Positions 26,147-37,690 of a DNA stretch of 64,000 nucleotides are shown one piece after another (the first letter of the stretch is position 1; every line of letters starts with the position of its first letter). The position numbers were made by a program, and so were the translations under genes. This stretch comes from Podarcis erhardii (lineage: Eukaryota), in assembly GCA_964252035.1 (NCBI GenBank), contig OZ176205.1. One strand, written 5' to 3'. The notes under the pieces were generated by a model. It saw only the letters and a list, made by a program, of their open reading frames with translations. It ran no database searches and had not been told where the DNA came from.

Positions 26147-26490
26147 GGCTGTGTACACACTATACCTCTAAAATACATTTGAAGCACATTTATGCCTTCA
26201 ATGAATTCTGGGCACTGTAGTTTGTTAAAGGGTGCTGGGAAACTGTAACTCTGTGAGTGGTAAACTACAGTGCCCATAATTATTTTGAAGAAAATAATGT
26301 GCTTTAAAGGCAGTGCTCTCCCCCCCCCCCAAAAAAATAATGTTTAGGGGTACTCTCATTTTCCTACTCATATTGAAATACTGCCCCTCAATGAAGCCAA
26401 ACTTAGATTCACAAAATGTTTAGGGGGTATGCGTACCCCTGCATACCCCCAGAAAAAAGCACTGTTTAAAGGTATAATGTGAATACAACC
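26147..26490. mobile_element. PIF/Harbinger-like MITE (host of 26311); relatives near 17105-17291 and 22280-22438
   Basis: TAA TSD; TIR ggctgtgtacaca vs ggttgtattcaca; internal tgggcactgtagttt/aaactacagtgccca arms. Confidence 0.7.
26311..26464. mobile_element. hAT MITE nested in a Harbinger-like MITE
   Basis: Exact 8-bp TSD tttaaagg; cagtgc...gcactg termini. Confidence 0.85.
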
Positions 26491-27587
26491 TAAAGCACAT
26501 TGAGAAGGTTTAGATGCTGAACTGGTATATGGAGCCCACGGGAGAAATAATCCTGGGTGACTTGAGGAAAGGGGCTAATCAAGAGGGGATAGCTGCCAAC
26601 CTGTACTTCTACAGTACAGCTCAAAGTCACAGCCTCTCTGGAGGTCTATCTCAGGTGTAGGGGTTGTTTGTAACATATCACTTTTATTGACCTAGGTAAA
26701 GGCAGCTCTGTTTCAAGAAGCAGGCAAGTGCACAGAGTGGACTTCAGCAGGAAGCTTCTAACCGTCTTTGTTTATTGATGCACACAGTGTATTTATACTA
26801 TAGACAGAGCCTGGGTTACTCCCAAATTGGAGAAGTTGTGTACAGGAGATGTGAGGGGTGGGGGCTTACCAAAGGGTATTGTGGAGGACAGAGAAAGGAG
26901 TTAAGGGTTGAAAACTAACAAAAACCACTGTGCAAAGGCAAAAAGGCTCCTGCATACACAGAAGTGACCCAGCTGGAGAGAGTGTCCCCTGGGAGCTTGC
27001 ACTGAATTTGGATTGAAGATAAAAAGAGGCTTTCAAATAATCCAAAGTGTGACATTCTAAAATAGCTTCCCTAGCAAAGTTGTGAGAACAAAGGATCTAA
27101 TTCATTTGAAAACTCAGCAGGCTGTATTTGAAAAATATTCCATGTGAGGTCTATCTGATGCTTCCACATTTTTTCCTGGTGCTTTCTTATTTACTCCCTG
27201 AAGTTTTAAAATATACACCTCTGCCATACATGTCTGCGAATAGTAGAACTCACAACCAGCATAGCTGAAGCACCCAGCTTATGAACACTCAGCTTTTTGG
27301 ATGTGGTTTGACAGATCGCAGGATTTCCCCAAGTGATGTTTAAAAATAAAAACCTGCAGGAGTAAAATGGACTAATTTGGACTATTATTAACATTCTTAT
27401 AGTTATTAATTTCATTTAAGAATTGCTTCCTATGAGGCATTCTGAATCAATATAAAATAGAATAGCAGCCATATATAAAAATTGTATATATAAAAACCAT
27501 TTAAATAAAACAATTATATATACACAAAACCAGTTTAAAACAACAAGAGAACATACATCAAATCAATTCAAATCCAAGACAGATACC

Positions 27588-27764
27588 CAGACCTTTTTTT
27601 CTGGGGGTACGCAGGGGTACGCATACCCCTAAACATTTTGTGAATCTTCATACTTTTGTCCATTTACTGTACTGTATTTATTTTTCCCGATTTGAACTAT
27701 AATGGTGATTTTCTTGAGTCAAAATGAGAGTACCCCTAAACATTTTTGTAGAAAAAAAGCACTT
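27588..27764. mobile_element. Same hAT family as 26311, opposite orientation
   Basis: ctgggggtacgcaggggtacgcatacccctaaacattttg is the reverse complement of the 26311 copy end; TSD cagatacc/cagatatc (7/8). Confidence 0.8.
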
Positions 27765-27975
27765 CAGATATCAATGGGGATGAATATTTTAGAAGGCTTG
27801 TTGAAGGAGGAATTTGAAGCTACATGTCACAGAAGCGCATCTCTCTCTGTTAAAAATAAGAGCACACATAAGGACACTTCTCCCACCCCCTTCCCCACAG
27901 AGAGGGTAGCGCCAATGTATTTTGTGGGGGTGGGTGTTGGCTGGATTACACCTAACATTAGTAAAACATGGATAG

Positions 27976-28322
27976 CAGGTGGGGGACCTCAGGCTTGGGG
28001 CTGAATGCAGGATTCTCCTCAAGCCAAAGCTCCTCCTCAGCCACACCCCCATTCTCCAGGCCACACCCCTCATTGGTGCTGCTTTGCAATCTCTTTGAGG
28101 GTTTGCCTGGCTGGAATGTGCGTTCGAAGTCTCTTCATGCCTCTTACTTGTCTGGATGGAGACTAGCAAGGGGTGTGTGTGTGTGTATAAAAACCAGCTT
28201 AGCGTACAAAGCTAAAAATTACATTAATTGCCCCACCCACTTTTGCCTCTGTCACCACATGGTCCCTGGAAGGTTGCCCAGAAGGGAATGAGGCCCTCAG
28301 GTGAACATGGTTTGCCACCCTG
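27976..28322. mobile_element. hAT-Charlie-like ~350-bp element; relatives in opposite orientation near 7490-7733 and 51645-51990
   Basis: Shared ggggacctcaggc / gcctgaggttcccc terminus and internal gccacacccc motifs among three copies; no TSD. Confidence 0.6.
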
Positions 28323-29125
28323 ACTTAACACTAAGTATGCACTTTAAATTTGTTTTAATATATACAGTATACAGTTATGCTCCTTGGTTTAGGAGAACAC
28401 CAGAAACTTATTAGCATGGCCGGAAAAGAAATGAAAGCATTGAGGCAGTAGTGGGTGTGGAAAGGAGAAGAGCAGAAATTGATGGTTGATCCTCCCACCC
28501 CAAAACACCAAAACAAATTTTCTGTAACCCCCGAGCGGAGCAATTTGGAGCCCAATTTCCTCAATTTTTTTGATTATCTCCATATTGGACAAAGTCAAAT
28601 TTACAGGGGAAAGCATAGATTTTTGTGTTATTTGACTGCACAAATTAAGCAACCACACAGTAAATTCTTTGTGGACAAGCCCTTAGTCTCTCTGTGGAAC
28701 ACAATACTTACACATGCTACTGAGAGAGAAAGACAGGACAAATACATTCACTCTCCACCCCAACAATGAGATGTGATTGCATATGTGAATACATTTTGGC
28801 AAAAGTTACTTCTGCTCAGCAAAGATTGCATCCCACAGCTCAGCATGTGAGAGTCTGTGTTCTGGCAGAGGGAATGTGATCACCAGCAATGGTTCTTTCT
28901 TGTGGTGAGTGCTGCTCTCTTCTGGTGAGGGTGCATACATGCACTGTCTGTCTCTATTTGCATAAAATTGTCCAGGAAGTTACAGTATTGTGATTTTTCT
29001 ATCTCTGCAGTTTCTTTCTCCAGGCAGGAAGGAAAAGATTCTGCTGAAAGCTTAGTGAGCATGTAACCTGACACAGAATGTTCCCTGGATAGTGTGGTAC
29101 CTGCAATGAGCATGTGGGTCTGTGG

Positions 29126-29126
<1 letters not shown>

Positions 29127-29153
<27 letters not shown>
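29127..29153. repeat. (TCTG)6 microsatellite
   Basis: Direct reading. Confidence 0.9.
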
Positions 29154-29156
<3 letters not shown>

Positions 29157-29314
29157 CATCATGGGTACAGTGAAGAAGTATGAGCAAAGGGAAATAATTA
29201 TTGTGCATCACATTGTTTTTACTCATATGTACAACTAAATACCATTTGTGGTAAGCAAATGCTACTTTCAGTATTGATATCAACATATGGAACCCACATT
29301 GATAGGGTAGCCAT

Positions 29315-29494
29315 CATAGGAGCCAACTCCTAGGGGCTGAGGTCTCTTCGTGCCCCCCTAAAATATTTCAGGGGCTCCCTGCCAAGTTGATGGGCATTGC
29401 CATTCAAATGGTGTGTGTGTCTCATGTCTTGTGATTGATTATGTGGGGAGGGGCTTACCCGGACCCCCCTATTTTATTCAAGTTGGCACTCCTG
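29315..29494. mobile_element. hAT-like MITE
   Basis: Termini cataggagccaact / caggagtgccaact (rc); TSD gtagccat/gtggctat (6/8). Confidence 0.7.
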
Positions 29495-29564
29495 GTGGCT
29501 ATGTGTCCTACTTTACAGAGGATGCTCCTCTATTTCCCACCCTGCACTTTTAATTACACCTGGA

Positions 29565-29930
29565 AAAGAACTGGCAGTCAGTAAAGTTGGAATAAAATCA
29601 GAGTGACATGATACGCCATTAAACTGACTCTCATCAAAAGCCTCATAACTTCAGTTTGAACCAGCTGCATTTTTGGGATGCTTTTTGAAAGCAGCCCTAT
29701 ATAGAACACAGTTTTGCTTTTTCCAGAAATCAGTGCAGCTGGCATGATAACAGCTGGGCAAAAGTAGTCCTGGCTACAACAGCCATTCAGTAACCTAAAG
29801 CACTGGATCCAGGAGTGCCCAATTGCAGAAGTCGGATGCAAATTACTGCATAGACTCTGTGAGGAGTCTGCCCTCCTCCCCTCTCTCAGTTAACCACTGT
29901 CTCTTCAAATTATTGCATAGATTTTCCAGG
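29565..29930 (-). mobile_element. L2 LINE late-ORF2 fragment
   Basis: Minus-strand peptide YIGLLSKSIPKMQLVQTEVMRLL...HVTLILFQLY.LP resembles L2 YxGLP...LQLVQNAAARLL...HITP.L..LHWLP. Confidence 0.75.
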
Positions 29931-30279
29931 GGGTTTGTCCTCCTCCCTTGGATTTTTCTTCTCCTTTGATGGACTACAGCTCTCATCACATCCTTTGCCT
30001 TTAACACAGATACTGGGGGATAAATTGTTTTGTCTGTTTAAATCAGACTGGATGTGTTCCAGATCACTTGTGGGAATAAATATTGTACTAAAATTCCTAA
30101 CTTTTTTTAAAAAGGAAAACCGTTATGGCGATCATCCAGTTTAAGAATTTATGCAGCGTGCCTTAAGGGGAGGACGGAAAACATGCTGTAAGATGTTACA
30201 GGCGCAGTAGCATTCCCTGCTTTTACCTATATTGTAAAATGTAGCTTCAACATACAGGCAGCCTTACTTTTTAGTAGCG

Positions 30280-30700
30280 ATGCTCTGACATCGACTGAGG
30301 GGCGATGCCTCTGTTTGCCATGTTTGTATAGTGAAAATCGCATCAGAATTTGACGCAAACAAAGCAATCGCCATCTGCATTCTACTTTAGTGATATTAGT
30401 TTTACGGCTACTCTCCACCCTGTACTTTATCGTCAAAATTTTAGAAAGTTTTTTCCACTTCAAACGGGGAAACGGAATCAGCAAGTTCGAACTCTTGACG
30501 CTAGCCGAGCCACAATTGGTGTTGCACGTTCGGACCCAAGTGGGAAACGATTCTCGGATAAACGGGGACCGGAAGTAGTATTGGGATTCCCGTATCGGCG
30601 CTGCACAACCGGTGTCCGCTGCTGCTGGTTTAGGGTTGGTAGCGCGTGAAAGGAAAGCGTGAGGTACGGGGGAAGGGAAATGGGAATGTGCGTGGGGGAT
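30280..30700. promoter_or_regulatory. CpG-rich housekeeping-type promoter of DMAP1
   Basis: Sharp rise in CpG against a depleted background; ACCGGAAGT ETS motif 30568-30576; TGACGCAA 30351-30358; YY1-like CGCCATCT 30369-30376; no TATA box seen. Confidence 0.8.
30580..30663 (+). other. DMAP1: Probable non-coding first exon of DMAP1 (5' end approximate)
   Basis: CpG-rich, ATG-free segment after an ETS site, ending at gag|gtacgg (30664) and followed by G-runs; needed because coding exon 1 has its own acceptor (33190). TSS not determinable from sequence. Confidence 0.65.
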
Positions 30701-31035
30701 ACGCTGGGAGTTGGGACTGAGTAAGAAACCGTGAAGAGCGGGAAACTTGATATATACGGTTTGGGGAGCCTGGGGACATTTGAGCGGGCTGCAGCGTATG
30801 TGGAGGAGAGCTGGGGGGTGTATCTTTCATTAGTATCCGGTGTCTTTTCCCTTGGGGCTCCGGAACTCCAGAGCTACCATAAGAAAAAGTCCACGCCAAA
30901 ACATCATGAAAAACATATATTTGTCGAAATGTAACGCTATCTCAATACTATTCTAGAAATATTGTTCCATTCATAATGCAACAATTCAGGCCGAAGATTG
31001 AACTCCCGAATTCCAACTAAGGCTGCTGTCCCAGC

Positions 31036-31562
31036 CATAGGCGCCGACTCCATGGGGCCTGAGGGGGCCCGAGCCCCCTCAAAAATTCGTTTGGGGGGGC
31101 TCTGCCCCCCCAATAATTTAAGAAAATTATTAGTTATATTATGCTTTGTAAAATCACAAAATTATGTTGGTATTTTTTATTTTCCTTGTTTGACAATAGT
31201 TACCTTTTAAAATACATTCAGTAATGAGTTAAAACAAAGCCACTCCCGATCTAGAGAGGGGGTGGGGTTGCGGGCTCTCGACCCATCAACAATCTCGCGG
31301 GGCTGGTGTCATGGTGTCAGCCCCGCAAGAAGCGGGGATTCCCCCTAGCTCATTAATATTCACCGCCCGCGGCAGCAGCCAATCGGCTGCCGCAAAGGGC
31401 GGGCCCTCACAGGTTCACTTAAGGTCGGGGCAGCCCGGGGCTCGCCCCTTTCGTTCCCCCAGCAGCAGCGGTTTGGAGGTCTTGGGCCCCCCCCCAATAT
31501 TTTTTATAAGTCGGTATGGGCCCCCGCCCCCCCCCAATATTTTTTATAAGTCGGTGCCCCTG
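31036..31562. mobile_element. hAT-like non-autonomous element, 527 bp, in DMAP1 intron 1
   Basis: Exact 8-bp TSD gtcccagc; TIR cataggcgccgact vs caggggcaccgact; internal ~35-bp tandem duplication near the right end. Confidence 0.85.
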
Positions 31563-31630
31563 GTCCCAGCCCCACATGCTTGGGAGTAAGCTCCATTGAG
31601 TTTAGGAGGACTTCTGTCTGGGTAGACATA

Positions 31631-31872
31631 CAGTGGTACCTCAGGTTACATACACTTCAGGTTACATACACTTCAGGTTACAGACTCCGCTAACCCAGAA
31701 ATATTACCTCAGGTTAAGAACTTTGCTTCAGGATGAGAACAGAAATCGTGCTTCAGTGGCGCGGCGGCAGCAAGAGGCCCCATTAGCTAAAGTGGTGCTT
31801 CAGGTTAAGAACAGTTTCAGGTTAAGAACGGACCTCCGGGACGAATTAAGTACTTAACCCAAGGTACCACTG
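31631..31872. mobile_element. Second copy of the same Tigger/pogo-like MITE, 242 bp, in DMAP1 intron 1
   Basis: TIR cagtggtacct, TA TSD; near-identical to 15462-15687 plus a 16-bp internal tandem duplication. Confidence 0.9.
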
Positions 31873-32504
31873 TAGTTAGGATTGCACTTTGACATTCTTA
31901 TCAGGGAGCAGCGGGGCAATCTAAACTGCAGCCAGGCAGTAGTGGGAGAGGGCAGATGGGCAGAGACACTGCCTCCTCTGCAGCCCCGTTGTTCACAGTG
32001 GCTTGGGCAGAAGACAAGAGGGCAGGCAGAAACCTGCTCTGGGAACTGCTATAGCTTTCAGGTCCAATGTCATCAAGTGACTGCAGGAGTGGACAAAGCA
32101 GCAAATAAAGCCTGTGTTATTGTGTGGGATATCTTTAGGCCCGTTTTTAATAACAGGGATTAAGGTTTGTCCACGTATATTTCAGTGGCCCACTTTGCAC
32201 ATCTCATTATACCATAGCTTACAACAAGTAATGGTTTAATATGAATGAGCAGCATCCTGGTGCAAATGGACAAAAGTTCCCATAGCACTCCTACCCCATT
32301 TCTACCAGTGCTGTGCTATGGATATGGCTCTACACAAAGCATGAGTGTACCTAAGATTTGTTGTGGTCACCCACTCATGTTTTGTTTGGAGAGGAACAAG
32401 CCACGAGCCCAGCTTTGGATCACATAACTAGCCAAACCCTGACTTGTTTTGTCTGCAGTGCAGCAGGAACAGTAGGAATGCTGTGAGAATGTTTGAGCAC
32501 TTGT

Positions 32505-32601
32505 CATGGATGTAGCCAGGATTTTTGTGGTGGGCGGAGGCCTCAGCTATGTATTTTTACTGATTTAGAGGGGGCAGCTACCCCCCTTGGTTACACCCTT
32601 G
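32505..32601. mobile_element. Short hAT MITE, 97 bp
   Basis: Exact 8-bp TSD gcacttgt; termini catggatgtagcca / caagggtgtaacca (rc). Confidence 0.8.
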
Positions 32602-33198
32602 GCACTTGTTCACTTTAAACTATAGTTTGTTTTAAACTATGGTTTAATGTGACATGCAAACCAGGCCAGTATCCCCTTCCTAATGCTTGTCTACCTCCAT
32701 ATTTTAGAATAGTTGTTTATATAAACAGAATTTTATAAACAGAATTGTTTTGTTATGATTTCTTATTCAACTTCTTTTTCTATTTTATGTCGTGTCTGGG
32801 CCTGGATACCATTATATATTGGACCGTGGATGCAAAGGAGCTCTTTTATTTAACTCTTGCTCATCAAGTTTGACACCAGGCATGTGTGTAATCTACTAAA
32901 ATTTATAAATTTTGGTTTGGCTAGATTACATAGATGTAATAAATAAAGCTCTGGTCATTAGTCCCATGGGTATAGAAGTTTCATGTGCCTGCCAAGACTG
33001 TTGCAGGTGCTTGTATTTTCTGTAAGTTAACTGTATGGAGAAGAGAAAATTAATTCCTAAGTAAGTAAGTAACAAGCAGTCTGTTGTATGTAGAGGGAAT
33101 CAACAAATTTCGCAGCTAATTTTGTGAAGGCTAGTCTGTATCCTTTTGGTTTTCACTTAATTTTTAATTATGCCTTGCTTTTTATTTCAGGTGACAAA

Positions 33199-33300
33199 AT
33201 GACTACAGGAGCTGATGTCCGGGATATATTGGAACTGGGGGGCACAGAATCTGAGAACATAGGAACTATTAATAAAAAAGATATCATCAATTCTGATAAG
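33199..33300 (+). CDS. DMAP1: DMAP1 coding exon 1 (MTTGADVRDILELGGTESENIGTINKKDIINSDK), 102 nt
   Basis: Matches the DMAP1 N-terminus (M.TGADVRDILELGG). Acceptor ttttatttcag ends at 33190; ATG 33199 has A at -3; GT donor at 33301, phase 0. Confidence 0.97.
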
Positions 33301-34331
33301 GTACAAAAGGGATGAGGAAAGGGGATAGGAGGAGGAGAAGCTTTGCGCTTGTAATTCTAAGCTATATGCATGCAACATGATCATCTTCTTTTGGATCTTG
33401 CCAGCATGATTGCTGCATACAGCAATATTGTTTACCCTATTCTTGAACAAGTTGTGAGACTACATTCCTCTTAAAAAAATAGAAATAAAAGACCAGATTC
33501 TTTTTCTTTTTTGAAATATAACACATTTTTTCAGCATCCTCATTCTGTGCTGTCCCTATAGATCTGCATTTGAGTGTCTAAAGAAATTAATATCTCTGTA
33601 CCTGCTGGTGAAAGCAATGTGGTATCACTTATTTCAATTTTGTTTCATCTATATACAGCATAAAGCTGGGATGCATAATTTGAATGTCCTTTTTGGGCAT
33701 AAGAAAAATATCCATCCATTCTACTTTTGTTAATGATATTTACATTTTGAATAATATTCTTTACACTAGGATTTGCAGGGTCTCAGGAAACCTCTCAGGC
33801 TATATTCACTGAAGGGCTTCTCTCTTGCTTTTTGCTGCTTCCTGTTTATATTTGCAGCATTGTTTACATTGTTGAGTATAAAAGAGAATCACACCTGCAG
33901 CAGAATGACAGAAATGTGGAGGGATGGGAGAATTAGGGAAAGTTGGTTTGTCTGCGGAACTTTGGGAGGTCTGGTTGGCCCTGCAGGTATTGTCTGTCAT
34001 CAAATAGAAATTGTGCTGTCCTCTTAATCCCCACCTCCAGAATGTTCCTGCATTTTGAGAACTATGAGTAAAGTAGAAAGTGAAGACTTTGCAGGGAAGC
34101 GAAATACAAACAACATCCTCTTGCTGCTCATGTGTTTTTGTACCGAGAGTTTAAGCTTGACTAAAGTTAGATCAATAAAGCTGGATTGTGATGTTTTGAG
34201 GCATTGCATAGGGGAGAACAGATGCAATCTGTCAGATGTAAAAATCAGAATAAACAGAGGCTGATGTTTATGCTCCCACATAATTTTGGTGTTAAGATTG
34301 CACAGCCTTTGATAAAAACCTTATTTTTCAG

Positions 34332-34423
34332 AAAAAATCCAAGAAGTCATCAGAGACCCTCACATTTAAGAGACCAGAAGGAATGCACCGGGAGGTCTAT
34401 GCACTGCTGTACTCTGATAAAAA
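34332..34423 (+). CDS. DMAP1: DMAP1 coding exon 2 (KKSKKSSETLTFKRPEGMHREVYALLYSDK), 92 nt
   Basis: tttttcag acceptor, aa|gtaagt donor (phase 2); KRPEGMHREVYALL is the conserved DMAP1/Swc4 motif. Confidence 0.97.
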
Positions 34424-34872
34424 GTAAGTTTTGTTACCTGGATAGTTGGTGTTTTCCATAAACCAGCCTCTCGTCTCCTAGGTATTTGGCAGGTGAAAGC
34501 CTTGACAAGTCTGTTCTTGAAAATTTACTTTCTCCAGCTTTCGATAGTGTTTTTACCTTTAGCAAGCAGAGCTGCTACTAGCCAATGCACATCCAGGCTA
34601 AATAACGGGGGTGGAGGTGGGGACATTGCAGACTCTGTACCTCACTGGCCTATGTTCACTTAAGAGACTAATATAAATTATGATCCTCTTTGGTCTGTGG
34701 AGCTTTGGGTTGTGCGCTGAGTGTGTAAGATCAATCTACAGTATACAGAATTGCCCTGGCTTTACACTGATCTTTAAGCATTCCTCAGAGATCATAGAAG
34801 GGGATTAAATATGCAAAATGAGCCTCATGCAGACAGTAGGTTCCATTAATTTGTACCTTGTCTTTGTTTCAG

Positions 34873-35068
34873 GGATGCACCTCCCCTTCTTCCAAGTGAC
34901 ACAACGCAGGGCTACCGCACAGTTAAGGCAAAGCTGGGATCTAAGAAAGTGCGGCCTTGGAAGTGGATGCCTTTCACCAACCCTGCTAGGAAGGATGGGG
35001 CCATGTTTTACCACTGGAGGAGGGCAGCAGAAGAGGGCAAGGATTACCCTTTCGCCAGATTCAACAAA
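34873..35068 (+). CDS. DMAP1: DMAP1 coding exon 3 (K-DAPPLLPSDT...WKWMPFTNPARKDGAMFYHWRR...YPFARFNK), 196 nt
   Basis: tgtttcag acceptor completes the phase-2 Lys codon; donor gtatga at 35069; conserved WKWMPFTNPAR and YPFARFNK motifs. Confidence 0.97.
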
Positions 35069-36223
35069 GTATGAAGGCTTGAACAGGGCTTGTGAAATGG
35101 GAGTGGGTGGAGAAATTTGTGCCAAAGTATCTCAAAGGATATCTCCAAATACCCTCTTTCTTTCACTTGCTATCTCTAGGGTTAATTCCCATATCAACTT
35201 CAGAAATGTAAGACTGATTCTGGTATCACAGGACATTAAACTCTGCAGTATTCTTTAAATTTTTTAAATACTTGAGACCTGTGGGGCATGTGCACTGTTG
35301 CTACTTATCAGTGTCCACACTGAAAGTCCTGATTTGGAAGGCATCTAAGTAACATTGGGTTGTGCCTCAAAGCCACAAGTTAAAGCTAGCATGGAAAAGT
35401 CACGAAAAGTTAGCAACTTTTCACTTAGGAGTGTGCAGGTGTGAACACACACACAAACACACAAAATTATGTGAGGTCAGATTGGACCAGGAGCATTGCA
35501 AACTTTATTATACTGTGACAACAGAAACTGAAATTCTTTTCAGTAGAGTTGGCGCCCCCATGGTAGAATTGAACATTTGTTGGATGCCTGAACAAGCTTT
35601 GCACGTCTGCTTTTTATACTTCTGATGTAGTGCCCCGAGTGGAGGTTGTGTTAGGAGAGAGGCACATTCCTCAGATGTGATAATCACGTGTACATCTTCC
35701 CCCTGTGTTATGTTGAAAGCAGAAAAAGTAGATTATCAACTGGGAACACATCTGTGGCTGTTCATATCTTTAGTCTAAGGAGATAGCATCGAGTAAAGGT
35801 GCAGTTGCCCCAAAGATTGAGGGGGCCCGCCACGTGTGACATCACACACGTAATGCATGTGCAATGTTGCATCGTCTGGAGGAGGCCGAGTGCTCTGAAG
35901 GAACTGGCCACTAAAGCTGTGCCACATTCGGCTGTGTGCTCAGCCTCCTCTGCCCCTTAAACATTGGGGGCCCAGAATTGAGTAACAGATAAAACTAATG
36001 GATGGAGCTAGCGGCCCCCACTGTATCATTTGGGTGGCAGCGAAGATGGGATGTGGGAAATAAAGTTTACATTTTGAAGATACTTGTGATTGGGGCAACT
36101 GGATTTCTTTGCTGTGAAATCATGGGTTTGTTTTACCTCAAAGTAATCTTGCTAGATGAAACAATCCTGCATGAGGGGGAGCATGTTGTGTGAGCCTTCT
36201 CAGCCTGTTCTTTCCTTCTGCAG

Positions 36224-36382
36224 ACAGTGCAAATTCCAATTTACTCAGAACAGGAGTATCAGATGTACCTTCATGATGATGCTTGGACCAAAGCTGAAAC
36301 AGACCACCTCTTTGACTTATCCAGACGGTTTGATCTTCGCTTTGTGGTCATTCATGACCGTTATGACCACCAGCAGTTCAAA
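36224..36382 (+). CDS. DMAP1: DMAP1 coding exon 4 (TVQIPIYSEQ...WTKAETDHLFDLSRRFDLRFVVIHDRYDHQQFK), SANT/Myb-like domain start, 159 nt
   Basis: ttccttctgcag acceptor, gtaagc donor; peptide visible in track ORF 36227..36499. Confidence 0.98.
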
Positions 36383-36684
36383 GTAAGCGCCTGTCAGCTA
36401 ATACAGTCTACAGTGAAGTTGCCATGGTGCAGTTTGTTGAATAAAACTTATTTCCAGTTTAAGGATCTGCAGACATGGACTATGCAGTGTGCTGGTTAAA
36501 ATAATACATGCCTGTTAAGGGTTCCTGAATTCTCTTCCTGAAGTTTTGTGTGAAACATTATAAGCACCAGCTGTGTTGGGTAAGAGACTTACAAAAGCAA
36601 GGGAAAGCTGGGTTGTTAAGCTCTGAGGGGCATCTCAACAGTGTGTATTTGAAGGTGGGATGGCTAGGACAGAATACGGATTCT

Positions 36685-37690
36685 GTTGGTGTACTACCCA
36701 CCCTGTCACTCAGCAGTCTCATTTCTAGCAGGGGTAGTCTTGGTGTTGGACTCCTCTCAGCTTGTTGTGCTGGAGAACTTCAACATTTGTGCTGATGCCT
36801 TGTCAGAACTGGCTCAGGTTTTCATGGCTGCCATGACAACCATGAGTCTGTCCTAAGTAATCTGGCCCTACCCATGCTGCAGGGCACATTCTGGACTTGG
36901 TTTTCTGTGCTGGATCGGATTATGTTGATCTTAGCGTGGAGGAACTTTCTGTTAGTTCCACTGTCATGGACTCGCTGGAGCTCATAACTTTAGTGGGTGT
37001 GTGGATGTGATTAAGATGGTCCACCCTAGGAGGCAAGGTATCTGGAGTGTGTGTTGGCATCTTAGATCATGTATGAGACAGATTATCTAGATCTATTTCC
37101 ATCTGGTTTCAGGCCTGGTTATGGGAGAGAGATGGCTTTGGTTGCCTTGGTGGATGACATGCCAGGAGTTGGACAGGGGGAGTGTGTCCCTTTTGGTTAT
37201 GCTGGACTTTTCAGTGGCTTTCAATACCAACCTGGGATGCCTTGTTGGAATGCAGCTTGGAGCCACTGTTTTACAATGGCTTTGTTTCTTCTTGGAGGGG
37301 TGAATCTAGAAGGTGGTGCTGGAGGACTCCTGTTTGACACATTGGCTGTTGACCTTTGGGGTCTCTCAAGGTTGTGTTCTGTCCCCCATGCTCTTTAACA
37401 TTTACATGAAACTGCTGGGAGAGGTTGTCTGGAACGTTGAAGTTCAGTGTCACCAGTATGCTGTTGACGCCCTGCTCTATTTCTCCTTTCCACCTAAATT
37501 CAAGGAAGCTGTCTTGATTCTAAACCAGTGTCTGTCATCAGTGATGGACTGGATGAGAGTGAACAAATAGAAACTTAATCCACACAAAACAGAGGTGCTC
37601 CTGGTCAGTCAAAAGGCTGTGCTGGATGGAGTTGTACTCTCCCTGTAGACACGTTTGCAGTTTGGGTGTGCTCCTTTATTCAGCCCTGGG
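36685..37690 (+). mobile_element. Decayed L2-clade LINE ORF2 fragment (endonuclease joined to RT, internally deleted), intron 4
   Basis: Residual motifs: ..NFNI (endonuclease), YLDLFPSGFRPGYG, LDFSVAFNT, GVSQGCVLSPMLFNIYM, HQYAVD (decayed YADD); frameshifts and stops. Confidence 0.9.

Noticed and set aside
1048-30200. The many 60-130 aa ORFs upstream of DMAP1
   Set aside because: Lengths match chance expectation, many use TTG/GTG starts or lie in repeats, and none resembles a protein I recognise. No C2H2 zinc fingers of KLF17/KLF18 (upstream neighbours in mammals, from memory) were found.
34818-35258. Longest track ORF (146 aa)
   Set aside because: It overlaps DMAP1 exon 3 in a different frame and runs into both introns; shadow ORF.
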